From Chiloscyllium plagiosum (taxonomy: Eukaryota): a stretch of DNA of 64,000 nt. Positions within the stretch are counted from its first letter, which is position 1. Every line of letters starts with the position of its first letter. Positions 1 to 11,460 of the stretch are shown in pieces. The position numbers and the translations under genes are program-made. The DNA lies in NCBI RefSeq assembly GCF_004010195.1, contig NC_057749.1:7461416-7525415 (forward strand), given 5' to 3'. The notes under the pieces are model-generated. The model was not told where the DNA came from. It ran no database searches and saw nothing but the letters and a program-made list of their open reading frames with translations.

Positions 1-410
1 AATTCTTCAATTTGTGTTGAAGAAACACGCGTTATAACAGAATCGACTGTGTGCAGCTTTGGAAAAGAAAATGAAGCCAGCACATTGCAAAGGATGATGG
101 AAATTTCCCCTTCATTCTCTTCTGCAATTATGCTTGATCAACGGTGAATTTTAAATGTGAAATTAGTAGTTTTTCTTTGGTTTGGATGACCTGGGGCACA
201 GGCTGTGAACAGAGCGGTTTTTAGATTGGCCATAAAAGGTAGAATGAGTTTGCACATGTGCTGCTGTTCCTACAATCCATTTGCCAAAAGGACAAAGGGG
301 TTCTTGTAAAATCTCCACATGGTTTGCATAGCATGGCTTCCGAGTGGAAAAGATGCCTCAATAATGTTATCTGAAGACTGTGCCTCCTAAAAAGGTTTTC
401 TTTTGCCCTC

Positions 411-606
411 TGAAACAACTACACAGAGGCTAGTAACCCATCGCCAAGTCATCCTTTACTTAAAGATGCCTGGTACACGGGCTCTGATCAGCCAGCTCAG
501 AGCCAGTCCTCAGAGTGAGGAGACTCTCTGTCAGCCCAGATTAACAACCCCAATCAGGGATCTGAGAATCAATGAGATCTACCTGGCTCTGGTTCCAATG
601 ACTACA
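411..606 (-). mobile_element. Solo LTR, internally deleted; same family as 16716-17070
   Basis: TG...CA termini (tgaaacaact...gactaca); near-TSD ccctc/ccctt; alignable to 16716-17070. Confidence 0.65.
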
Positions 607-1584
607 CCCTTTAACATTAAGGGCTCACTGGCCGAGCCTGATATTAAAATGAGGTGCAGCTATTTGACGGAAATAACTGCCAAAGTTGGCAGGAGGTCCC
701 GGGAAGTTTCGCCCACCTTGCAGTTTGATATTGATACCATGTACGGGGAAAAAGCAGGAGATTCTTAAGATTCTCAGAGTGAGTCAGTGCAGATGCAATG
801 GGCTGAACAGCCTGCTTCAGCACCATGCCACTCCTGTTCACTTGCTCAAGTTACTGTCCAGACCTTATCTTCAGTTTAATCCCTGCAGAGTCACCAGGCC
901 TAATTCTCCCACTCCCCGCCAAAGGTTTTTAAGACTGTCTTAATATTTTAAGTCTAACGCAGTTTGGGGCAGCTGACGCCCATGCATAGATAGACAAATA
1001 TGCAATACTACTGAACACCACATTACACAATGATCATCAATTTAAATCTCACTTATATGTCTGTTGATTGCAGCATCTGACAGCCCTAGCTGTGATTTAT
1101 ACCGTGGAACCAAATTTTAAGCTCGCGAATATATCTCTAATAACGATTTCATGATTTTTCTGCATACCATCAGAGTGAATTATGAGTAAAACAATGGGAT
1201 AAGTCTTCAAGGCTTTCTGCATTGAATTTCTCTGCAGCTTGAGAGAAGACAAAACTGTTTTGCACCATCTAAACCTAGCAGAACAATATCGAATAAAATT
1301 ACAGTCAGAGTTCTTTTAAGGTGTCAAACACTCCATTCAGTTGAGGGATGGTAGTGTTGGAAAAAACAGAATATGTTTATCCGTCTATGACCTGTGGGAG
1401 GATCAGGCACAGTTTGATGAAGTCTTAGGCTGGCATCTACATTACCAATGCAATACTCTTGTTACAAGGCATTACACAGGATTAACAGCACAGAAACAGG
1501 CCATTCAGTCCATCTGGTCAATGATGTGCTCAGACTCCTCCTACCCGGTTTCATTTAACAGCGTCATCAAAAATGTAGGGATCG

Positions 1585-1745
1585 GTTAGCTCAGTTGCTT
1601 GGATGACTGATTTGCTATGCAGAGGGTTTGCAACTGTGTGGGTTCGATTCTCACCCTCCTCCCCCCCCATCTGAGGTATAGTGACCCCCAGGTTAAACTA
1701 CCACCACGTGTATCTCTTTCTCTCATCAGAGAGCAGCCGATGGAA
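1585..1745 (+). mobile_element. tRNA-head SINE (family also at 58670-58850)
   Basis: A-box-like tagctcagttg and B-box gggttcgattc; body caggttaaactaccacca matches the minus-strand copy at about 58690. Confidence 0.55.
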
Positions 1746-2152
1746 TGGTTGGAGTGTGGTGGCTTTACTTCTGCCTCTTTATTCTCTTTCCCCTCAAATT
1801 TCGCTTTAAGGTAGTCTGGACTCTGCCTCAGCCATTCCATGTTGTGATGACATACTCATTCTTGGGAACTAAAATTGCTCCTTGATTTTTTTTTAATCCA
1901 TTTGCTGGCAAGAAATATATGAACACACTTCCATAGATGGTTCGGCTGGAATTTAAATCAGTGGAGGGGAAGGTGTGCCGCTGCTCAAATGGGGAATCTG
2001 CTCAATAGGGACATGACCGGGGATTAAGATCAAAGACATGGAAGGTTTCTTTGTTAGGAAAATAGCACAACAGCAGTATTAGTTAAAAGGCTTCTCCAGA
2101 TCATAGGTCCTGGCTATTGTGGTGATCTATCATTTTCCTCCTGAGCAGATTG

Positions 2153-2372
2153 GGATTGTGTTGCTGGAAAAGCGCAGCAGGTCAGGCAGCATCCAGGGAA
2201 CAGGAGAATCGACGTTTCGGGCATTAGCCCTTCTTCAGGAATGTCCTGAAGAAGGGCTAATACCCGAAACGTCGATTCTCCTGTTCCCTAGATGCTGCCT
2301 GACCTGCTGCGCTTTTCCAGCAACACATTTCCAGCTCTGATCTCCAGCATCTGCAGACCTCACTTTCTCCTC
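2153..2372. mobile_element. Palindromic PLE terminal module (family A) with a hammerhead core on each strand
   Basis: 84-bp inverted arms 2157-2240 and 2244-2327 (2 mismatches); CTGAAGA...GAAACGTC; flanking direct repeat tcctcctgagcagattg at 2136-2152 and 2368-2384. Confidence 0.85.
2246..2273 (+). ncRNA. Minimal type-I hammerhead ribozyme motif (mirror copy at 2211-2238 on the minus strand)
   Basis: CTGAAGA-A-GGG(ctaata)CCC-GAAAC-GTC; stem III reduced to the palindrome ACGT, as in PLE-type minimal hammerheads; activity not shown. Confidence 0.65.
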
Positions 2373-3202
2373 CTGAGCAGATTGCCCATTTGAGCACTGG
2401 TGCACCTTATCCTCCATCAATTTAAATGGTAAAGTCTTCTGCATAGACATATGAGGTACCATGCCTCTGTTGGGAGCAACTGTACAGGGTCAGATATTTC
2501 TAAGAATTGAGAAGGAGGCCATTTGGCCTACTTTATATCAACTCTCCACAATGGCAAGTTAGCCCTTTCTTCCTCCCCGATCAATTTGTATTTCCTCTTC
2601 AGATGCTTATCTAATTCACTTCTGACAACCCAACATCTCCATCACACACTCTAATACATTCCAGACCCTAAACATTCACTGCATAAAAAGCTTTCTGCTG
2701 ATGTTATTGTTGGTTATTTTCAGCAATCACTTTATCTCAGTGTCCTCTGGTTCTCAAAACTTTCACAAATGGGAATAGGTCAACTGGTCATTTGGTACTT
2801 TTCTGCTGGTGGGAGTTTACCACTTGCAAACTGCCAGCCTGCATTTACCTACCTGAGAAAAGCAACTCTTTTAAATGGGAAGCCATGAAAAGCTTTAGAC
2901 AAACTCAAGTCCTTGCTCAATTACTGCCATTTTATTAAGAATGGAGCCCTGCTCTGATCCAAGATTTTACCTTAATGTCACCCTGAGCTATGTTTACACT
3001 ACATTACACACTTACTGGGCTGCATTTGAACATTTGATGCCAATACAGAACTCAAGTTCTTTCTAAAACTCTCATTCAGCCTTCAACACATTGGAGTCAG
3101 TCCATCTGTTGACTGGACAGATCCTGCCTCTAATTCTGTGCCACATGTCAAGAACTGCAGCACACACCCTTCATGTACACTACTTTGTGCACACACACAT
3201 AC

Positions 3203-3750
3203 AGTCATAGAGTCATACAGTATGGAAACAGACCCTTCGGTCCAACCAGTCCATGCCGAACATAATCCCAAACTAAACTCGTCCCACTTGCCTGCTCCTG
3301 GCCCATATCCCTCCAAACCTTTCCTGTTCAGGCACTTATCCAACTGTCTTTTAAATGTTGTAATCGTACCCACAACCACCATTTCCTATGGAAGTTCATT
3401 CCATACCCAAACCACCCTCTGTGCAAAACATTTGCCAATCATGTATTTTTAAAATCTCTCTCCTCTCACCTTAAAAATATGCCCCTAGTCTTGAAATCCT
3501 CCAAGAAAAGACAACTACCATTAACTCTATATATCCCCCTCATTATTTTATAAACTTCTATAAGGTCGCCCCTCAACCTCCTATGCTCCAGTGACTTAAG
3601 TCCCTGCCTGTCCATCCTTCCTTTTTAACTCAAAAGTTCCATACCCAGCAACATCCTGGTAAATCTCTACTGAACCCTCTCCAGCTTAATAATATCCTTC
3701 CTATAACTGGGTGACCAGAACGGGATACAGTACTTTAGAAGAGACCTCAG
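3203..3750 (-). mobile_element. CR1-clade LINE 3' fragment
   Basis: Minus-strand peptide TFKRQLDKCLNRKGLEGYGP; (ctatgact)-type tail. Confidence 0.9.
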
Positions 3751-4705
3751 CCACAACACAAACGTTGATGCCAATATAGAACACAAGTTGTTTTGAAAAC
3801 TCTCATTTAGCCTTTGGAGTCAGTCCGTCTGTTGACTAGAAAGATCCTGCCTCTAATTCAGTGCCACATGTCAAGAACTCCAGTACACACCCTTCATGTG
3901 CACAAACACAGTCATAGAGTCATACAGCACCGGACCCTTCAGTCCACGCCATAATATATTGGCATCATCTTCACAGTTACTGAGCCTTTTTGCTGTTCAG
4001 AAGCCACATATCAGGAAATTTCCAAGGTGGTGAGCTAATTAGAAGAATCGTCAAGTACGGTACAGTAGCACTCGGGTGGGTGAAAGGCTCTTGTATTTGA
4101 AGCTGCTTGGCCATTTGCAGATTTATACTCTGGCTTTGTAGATCATTATACTTCACACGGAGGGAGCCTCTGCTATCGGTGCATGCATTAGCTGATACAT
4201 ATATTGAATCTGCGTGGTTTAGAAACTGTAAACAGCATCCTTAAAAATACCAGAGGGGGGTTAATGAATTCTATATACTGCAAATTAATATTTCTTGGTA
4301 ATAAAAATGCTTGCAGCATCGGTCCATTAGTTGCCCTATAAAATATCTCACTTTAACATGTATTGTAGCTTGTACTACAAATTATCGCTTATGATAATAA
4401 CATTCAACCTTTTTATGGACTGAATTAGCATTTTTGCCTTTGTGTCTTTTTCCTTTCTTAATAATTGAGCTGCATGTGAGCAGGCTGCCACATGAATACT
4501 GAGAGTGTGGCTCTCTGATCCGTGGAGTCACAAACTGTGCGGCCATTAGGTTGAGACGTTTGGGGAGCATTGCTGTCTATAAATTTAATTTGTTTTTAAT
4601 AAAACTGAGCTTCCTGCAGCCCAGCAAGCCACGCAGTGGGCAGACTGGACTTGGAAAAGCCTAAAAGGTCACAAGTTCAATAGCCCGCCAAGCTCAGTCA
4701 ACTGG

Positions 4706-5030
4706 AGACGGCTCAGTGGTTAGCACTGCTGCCTCACAGCACCAGGGACCCGGGTCTGATTCCAGCCTCAGGCGATTGTCTGTGTGGAGTTTGCACATTC
4801 TCCCCGTGTCTGCGAGGGTTTCCTCCTGGTGCTCTGGTTTCCTCCCACATCCAAAGATGTGCAGGTTAGAGAACTGGCCATGCTAAATTGCCTATAATGT
4901 TCAGGAATGTGTAGGATAGGTGCATTAGTTGGGGGTAAATATAGGTAATAAAGTGGGGGTATGGGTGGGTTATTCTTTAGAGGGTCCATATGGACTTGTT
5001 GGGTCTGTTTCTACATTGTAGGGATTCTGT
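4706..5030 (+). mobile_element. HE1/V-SINE-like tRNA-derived SINE
   Basis: ggctcagtggttagcactgctgcctcacagc head; gtgtggagtttgcacattctcccc core; CR1-like tail. Confidence 0.9.
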
Positions 5031-5229
5031 TATCATGTTCCCAGTCATGGATCCTGCATTTTCAGTTTGGGTGAGGGAAGGTGGTGATAAGTGTGTCATT
5101 TCAAAGAAGACCGGTGTAATAAAGTTTCACATATTAACACTCACTTTCACCTCCATAACACTGACTAAGTTCTCCTGCTGGAACCCTCATTCTTGCCTTT
5201 GTTTACTGGAGACTTGATCATTCCAACAC

Positions 5230-5392
5230 ACTCCTGGCTACTCTCCTGTACTCTATATGCAAAGATGAACTAGAGGTCTTCCAAAACACTGCTGCCTGTG
5301 TCTTAACTTGTAATTACCTATCAACCCCTGCAATCACAAACTAGCCATGGCTCCTGTTCAAGCGAGGCCACATTTTAAAATTCCCATTCTTC
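5230..5392 (+). mobile_element. Degenerate L2-like LINE fragment
   Basis: Decayed QNxAARVL...WLPV...FKI-like coding signature. Confidence 0.45.
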
Positions 5393-5399
5393 AAGTCAC

Positions 5400-5697
5400 A
5401 AACAGAAGTCACACGACACCAGGTTATAGTCCAGCAGGTTTATTTGAAATCACAAGCTTTTGGAGCGCTGCTCCTTCGTCAGGGGAAGTGGATGGAAATG
5501 CAAAGGCACAGAATTTTACCTGGAATTATTTTCCAATCAGCTCTCCTCTGATAAATTCTGTACGCTTCCCACCATTCCACCTGATGAAGGAGTAGCATTC
5601 TGAAAGCTTGTGACTTCAAATAAACCTGTTGGACTGTAACTTGGTATCGTGTGACTTCTGACTTTGTTCACCCAGTCCAACACCGGCCCCTCCGCAT
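5400..5697. mobile_element. Palindromic PLE terminal module (family B)
   Basis: Inverted arms at about 5406-5484 and 5578-5660; cacCTGATGAaggag...GAAAGCTTgtg hammerhead-like core. Confidence 0.8.
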
Positions 5698-5699
5698 TA

Positions 5700-6170
5700 A
5701 TCATACAGTCATACAACAGGAAACAGATCCTTCGGTCTAACCAGTGCATGCTGACCATAATCCCAAACTAAACTAGTCCCACCTGCCTGACCTTGGCCCC
5801 TATCACTCCAAATCTTTTGTATTCATGTACTTATCCAAATGTCTTTTAAAAGTTGTAACTGTACTTGCATCCACCACTTCCTCTGGAAGTTCATTCCATG
5901 CACGGACCACTCTCTGTGGAAAAATAAAGTTGCCCCTTATGTCCTTTTTAAATCTTTCTCCTCTCATTTTAAAAATATGCCTCTTAGTTTTGAACTCCCT
6001 CACTCAAGGGAAAAGAACTTTATGACATGATTTTATATACCTTAATAATGCTTCAGTGAAAAAAGTCCCAGTCTTTTCAGTCTATTCTTCTATCTAAAAC
6101 CGTCCATTCCAGCAACACCCTGGTAAATCTTTTCTAAACTCGCTCCAGTTTAATAACATCCTTCCTATTA
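5700..6170 (-). mobile_element. CR1-clade LINE 3' fragment
   Basis: QRVVRAWNELPEEVVDASTVTTFKRHLDKYMN on the minus strand. Confidence 0.9.
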
Positions 6171-6294
6171 CTTGCCTTTATAGGTGCCCCAAACACTACA
6201 GCCTGAGAAGATGGTGCTGGAGCTGGGCACCGTTTTGCGAGCTGTCCTCAGCAGATTATCCTCATACATCTTTTGAAATTACAGTGTCGGGAAT

Positions 6295-6895
6295 ACAGCC
6301 CAGTCCAAAACCCAAACCAGTCATCCTTCCATTGACTCAGTCTATACTTCTTGCTGCTTTGGGAAAGCAGCCAACATAATCAAAGACCACCTCACACCCT
6401 GTTATACTCGCTTCTACCCTCTTCCATTAGGCAGAAAATACAAAAGTTTGAAAATACATATCAATAGATTCAAGAACAGCTTCTTCCCAACTGCTATGAA
6501 TGGACATCTCACATGTTAGGTGCTTTCTCTGCACCTTCTCTGTAGCTGTAACACTACACTGTCGGTTCTTCTGTAATGCAATGGCTGCATCCTTGTGCAA
6601 CCCCACACTATCGAAAAATCATGCTTTAGAAACAGCGCTTAAAGTGTTGGCGATATGATCGCGTTACAGCCAACATAGGTTTTAAAAGTTCGTGCTTTAG
6701 AAGTTGTGTCTCCAATTCGTCAATCACGTTCCAGCAAACTTGTGTTAACGAAACGCGCATTATGGCAGAACAACCTGTATTCTGCATTCTGTTCTATTAC
6801 CCTGACGTACTTTTGGAAGGTATGATTTGCCTGGATAGCATACAAACCATTAATTTTCACTGTATCTTGGCACATCAAATCAAATTAAATCAAAG
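6295..6895 (+). mobile_element. Rex1/Babar-like LINE 3' end, interrupted by a MITE
   Basis: Decayed ...GKAANIIKD...LPLGRKYKSLK...NRFKNSFFP C-terminus; (aaatc)n tail. Confidence 0.7.
6556..6779. mobile_element. Tigger/Tc1-mariner-like MITE
   Basis: Imperfect TIRs (taca..gtcggttcttctgtaatgc / gcattatggcagaacaacctgta) with TA ends; opposite-orientation relative at 10861-11056. Confidence 0.6.
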
Positions 6896-6934
6896 CCCTT
6901 AGGTACCTGGGCTTCAAATTTCAAATCTAATGTT

Positions 6935-7100
6935 GAGCTTGCTTCTTGTGCACCTTCTCTCCAGCTGTAACTTTGTATTGCTTGCTCTGTTCCATCACCC
7001 TATGATCTTTATACAGTATGATCTGCCTGTACTTCTTGCAAAACAAAACTGTTCACTGTACTTAGATACATGTGACAGTAAAAAAATCAAATCAGATCAA
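6935..7100 (+). mobile_element. Second Rex/Babar-like 3' UTR tail
   Basis: Alignable to 6520-6555 plus 6780-6895; ends aaatcaaatcagatcaa. Confidence 0.65.
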
Positions 7101-8034
7101 TTCCTGAGAACCCCAGGTTTTAACAACTGGAGGCAGAACCTTCGTTTGATTAGGCTCAAAAGTTCTAGAATACAGTGTAAGGTTTATGTAAATCTGCCAG
7201 TGGGTTTTAAGGCTGGAGTGTGGATAAGGAGTAGTGGATAGGGGATGAATGGGAGGCATTTATTGCTGCAGATACTCTGTCTGCATCTCAGTGGAGGGGA
7301 TGGTGGTAGGCAGGCTGGTCCAATTGAAGTCCTTGAGCAGGCAATCGATTCCCAATGAAAAAGACCTCATCCTGCTGCTACTGCGAGCATTGTAACCAGT
7401 GGCTCTTCTGGCGCAGGGATAGTGTCCCGGGGCCAGGAGATCCAGGTTCAAATCCCACCTCCCTTAGAGGTATGCTGTAACACGTCCCATACGGGGATGA
7501 TCAGAATTTGAACTGGAAGCCCGAGTTTCCCAAGCGAAGCAGTTAAGCCTGTAGGTTTCTCTGTGTGGGTTGGGGGCAGTTAGAAGCTCCTCTGTAATGG
7601 GCCCTCAAAACCCATTGGAAAAATGGTCCAAGCTTTTATCCATGCCCTTCCAAATTGGGTCTCTGGACCTTTTGGAGAGTTGTCTCAAATTTCTATTAAA
7701 CATCCCTCCACCCCCACCCCCCCACCCCGCCAGTGCCTCAAACCCCATCAAGGGTCACTTGCATCCCCCCTCAGCTCTTTAAACCCCTCACCCTCAGCAC
7801 CCAGCAAGATGACCCCAAATGCTGAACTAAAGCCACACTCAACACTCCACCCCACCTTCCCGCATTGCTGCAGAGTTCATAGTCTCCAATTGGTCAGCAG
7901 TTCTCCCGAAGGTGGAGCTCCATTTCCAAAAGGTGGGGAAATTCCACCCCCCTGTTTTTTTGAATGACTCATTTATCATTAAATGACTAAAGGCAGCTGG
8001 TGTTTCCCTGAGCAGGCTCCCCGCCACACAGGGC

Positions 8035-8148
8035 AAAAGTGAGGACTGCAGATGCTGGAAATCAGAGTCTAGATTAGAGTGGTGCTGGAAAAGCACAGCA
8101 GGTCAGCAGCACCCGAGGAGCAGGAAAATCAACGTTTCAGGCAAAAGC
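8035..8148 (-). mobile_element. PLE family A single arm
   Basis: aaagtgaggactgcagatgctgga...gctggaaaagcacagcaggtcag matches the element at 2153-2372. Confidence 0.8.
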
Positions 8149-9250
8149 GGTGGGGGAGGGAATCTGATGTCTCAAAAAATTCAGTCCCACCCCTCTCCCT
8201 AAGTCTCTGACATCCCACAAATGAATAAATAAAAAGATGCGATTTTCAAACCTCAGTATGGGCAGTATGGTTTTGCTCAACTGGATGGTCAACACCCCAT
8301 TGAAAGGCTGAAGAGCAAAGGGCTCCTTTTATCGCCTTTGCTAGTTCGACTCCCTCATCCAATATCCACAACTAGGTCACTGCCTGTTCATCTCGATGCT
8401 GTCGACAGGATGTCATCAGTTCTTAGTCACCAATGATTTTAGTGTAAATAACATTACACACAATGTATCTCGCCATCGTGTCCACCCCATTCCCAATCCC
8501 CGTCATCAGGAAAGGACACATAAACGTGGACCGAAAAGATAAAGTCTGCTGTCCAATTAATTACAAAGCTTACACTTCAGCGGGAATGAAGTTAAACACT
8601 GAAGTCACTTAAGCTTTTTTGTAAAATGCCAGAGAAGTTGCCATGCCAACAAGTGATCAACTAACTCAATAAGTAACACAGGTAATTGTTTTAAGATGAT
8701 GTCAAATGGTATCAGGATGAGACTCCTGTTCTCTACACTGTGGAAATAGATTACATCCTATCATTTAAGCCTGCAGTACTGAGATGTCACAGTTCTTTAA
8801 TAATTTGCATTGGTGTCTGGGGATTGGGTATGAGTTAGAACACCATCCCATCACCTCGGAGAGTGAGCTCACATTAAGCCCAGACGGAGGTGGTGACAGT
8901 CAGCTCAACAACTCACCTGTTGGCTTTTCTTATGGAGTTATGAAACTGACGAGTAAACGCCTTTCGAAAACAGGACACCTTCTGGGAATTTGACATCAAT
9001 GGCCGATACTGCATAAAAGCCGACAGGAGGCTCCGACCATTTAGGGAGCTGTACACAGGCTGCAATCTGGGATTGCCATCATAGAATGACTGCTGCCCCA
9101 CACTTAGCCATACAATTTAGGCAGCTGTCACAGATCAATATCTCTGGTTTTGCACAGCTGTGTTGATGGGCTGAACAGCCTCCTTCTGCACTGACCACTG
9201 TACAAGTCGATATGTTTCTAGTTTGCGTCTCCTAAAGACACTATGTTGAA

Positions 9251-9557
9251 TTAGATTACTTATAGTGTGGAAACAGGCCCTTCGGCCCAACAAGTCCACA
9301 CCGACCCGCCGAAGCGCAACCCACCCATACCCCTATATTTACTCCTTACCTAACACTATGGGCAATTTAGCATGGCCAATTCACCTGACCTGCACATCTT
9401 TGGACTGTGGGAGGAAACCGGAGCACCCAGAGGAAACCCACGCAGACACGGGGAGAACGTGCAAACTCCACACAGTCAGTCGCCTGAGGCGGGAATTGAA
9501 CCCGGGTCTCTGGCGCTGTGAGGCAGCAGTGCTAACCACTGTGCCACCATGCTGCCC
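9251..9557 (-). mobile_element. HE1/V-SINE-like SINE, full length and young-looking
   Basis: Complete head, core and tail; CpGs retained; very similar to 14790-15088. Confidence 0.92.
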
Positions 9558-9559
9558 AC

Positions 9560-10190
9560 CACCGTACCTTCTTGCAAAGGTACAGAAAGACACTGTATCA
9601 GAAGCGAATGGAAATTGAGGCCCAGTTTTCCCTCTTGTCCCAAGCACTGTTTTCCAATGAACAAGAGGAATTTGCCACCGTCCTGATAAATATTTAACAC
9701 CTAATAAACACCACAAAAACAGATTATCATAGAAACCCTACAGCAGACCATTCAGCCCATCGAGTCCACAGCAATCCTCCAAACAGCATCCCACCCATAC
9801 CCACCCCATCCATGGAACCCTGCATTTCCTTTGGCCTACACACCTAACCTGCACATCCCTGGACACCACGAGCAATTTCCGATGGCCAATCCATCCTAAC
9901 CTGCACTGTGGGAAGAAACGGGAAGAGGGAACCCACGCAAACACAGGGTGAATGTACAAACCCCACACAGACAGTCACCCGATGTTGGAATCAAATCCAC
10001 GTCCCTGGCACTGTGCCGCCCCGTTATCTGGTCATTTATCACATTATTTGTGGGAATGTGCTATTTGCAAATTGACCACAATGTTTCCTGTACTGTAACA
10101 GTGATGGCACTTCAAGAAGTACATCTTTGGCTGAGAAGGACTTGGGGATGTTCTGTTAAAGGCGGTACACAAATGCAGGTCTTTCTTTCT
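9560..10190 (+). mobile_element. Deu-domain-like SINE (SacSINE1-type), interrupted by an HE1-like copy
   Basis: cagattatc|tggtcatttatcacatt...tttgtggga...aaatgcaggtctttctttc tail; ttatc repeated around the insert. Confidence 0.55.
9732..10022 (-). mobile_element. HE1/V-SINE-like SINE, degenerate
   Basis: ggccaatccatcctaacctgcac...acccacgcaaacacaggg core. Confidence 0.8.
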
Positions 10191-10307
10191 ACACATTGCA
10201 TTTTTGACTACTCCGGGATGTTCCATACACGTTTGAAGTGTTATATTGTAGCAAGCATAGCCGCACGTTACCAACAGAAACCTGGACTTAAATGGGAAAG
10301 TCCTAGC

Positions 10308-10445
10308 TTTGAAGGAAAGTCACTGGACTCAAAATATTAACTGTGTTTTCTCTTCATAGATGTTACCAAACCTATTGAGTTTCTCCAGAAATGTCTGTTT
10401 TTGCTTGTTTCAGATCTCCAGCATCCATAGTTCTTTCTGTTATTT
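10308..10445 (+). mobile_element. PLE-type terminal arm (older family C)
   Basis: Ends gatctccagcatcc like family A; decayed hammerhead-like region. Confidence 0.55.
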
Positions 10446-10524
10446 ATGTCCTAGCCCACACTGAATGTATTGCCCTGTTTCTATTAAATTATGGGCCAAC
10501 CTAAATTATATATATTGTTAAATG

Positions 10525-10858
10525 GAGACAAATGCTGCAGAAGATTTTTATTTTCCACTAATCAGGACAAAGGCAAGAATGCCAAGTTCCAAATGATGAT
10601 AACAATTTCTACAACAGCAGAAAAGGGGCTGCTGATTGATCAAGGTTGAGTTGTTATCCAATCAGCACCTTTTTTTATTTACCTGGGACCCTTAGGAGCA
10701 TATAAATCACCACTCCCTTCATGTCGATGCTCGGCCAATCAGAATTGGTGCACCAGCCAATCAACATGCTTTTCTATGGTATATATTGTTGTGAATGGCT
10801 GAAATTTTGCATTTGCCTTTGTCCTGATGAGTACATAACAAAATGCTTCTATAACATG
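10525..10858. mobile_element. Old palindromic element (family E) with a decayed hammerhead-like end
   Basis: atcaggacaaaggcaa / ttgcctttgtcctgatga inverted pair; relatives at 33625-33685, 36310-36745 and about 43390-43460. Confidence 0.55.
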
Positions 10859-10860
10859 AA

Positions 10861-11056
10861 TACAAGTCGTCAAAGCGATTTGGCTGCGATTGGTGAACTG
10901 GGGAATGATTTTTTAAAATTGTAAACTTTTAGAGTGTGTGTTGGCTATAACATGATTACTTCACCAACACTTTAACTGTACTTATATTGCGCGATTTTTG
11001 TGTAGCGCAGGGTCACATAGGAACGCAACTACCAGGTAATAGCAAAACTAACTGTA
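10861..11056. mobile_element. Tigger-like MITE, inverted relative of 6556-6779
   Basis: gtgttggctataacatgattacttcaccaacactttaa is reverse-complement-similar to about 6640-6675; taca...tgta ends. Confidence 0.6.
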
Positions 11057-11149
11057 CTGCTGTAAAGAGAGACAAGTTCCTTACAGCTTACCTTATTTAT
11101 GCTAGTTGAAGGAAAATTGTTAGCCAAAATAGCAGGGTCCATAAAATCT

Positions 11150-11460
11150 CTATGGTATGGAAGTGGGTCCTTTGGCCCATCAAGTCCACACCGACCCTCC
11201 AATGAGCATCTCACCCAGACCCAACCCGTTAATCCCTATCATAGTTAATGTACCCAGCCTGCACATCGCTGAACACTGTGGGCAACTTAGCATGGCCAAT
11301 CTCCTCTAACCCGCACATCATTGGACTGTGAGGGGAAACCAGAGGAAACCCACCCAGACATAGGGAGAATGTGCAAACTCCACACAGGCTGTCACGTGAG
11401 GGTGGAATTGAACCCAGATTCCTCACACTATGAGGCAGCAGTGCTAACCATTAACCCACT
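11150..11460 (-). mobile_element. HE1/V-SINE-like SINE
   Basis: gaatgtgcaaactccacacag core; gaggcagcagtgctaacca head. Confidence 0.85.

Noticed and set aside
2157..2327. Classical MITE or pre-miRNA interpretation of the palindromes
   Set aside because: Asymmetric extension beyond one arm, long variable TSDs and a terminus shared with a GIY-YIG PLE favour a PLE origin; no small-RNA evidence is available.
4706..4775. tRNA genes suggested by A/B boxes here and at other SINE heads
   Set aside because: They run directly into SINE core and tail and lack a complete cloverleaf.
9265..9618. Recurrent ORFs such as WPIHLTCTSLDCGRKPEHPEETH
   Set aside because: Antisense translations of HE1-like SINE copies, not a gene family.
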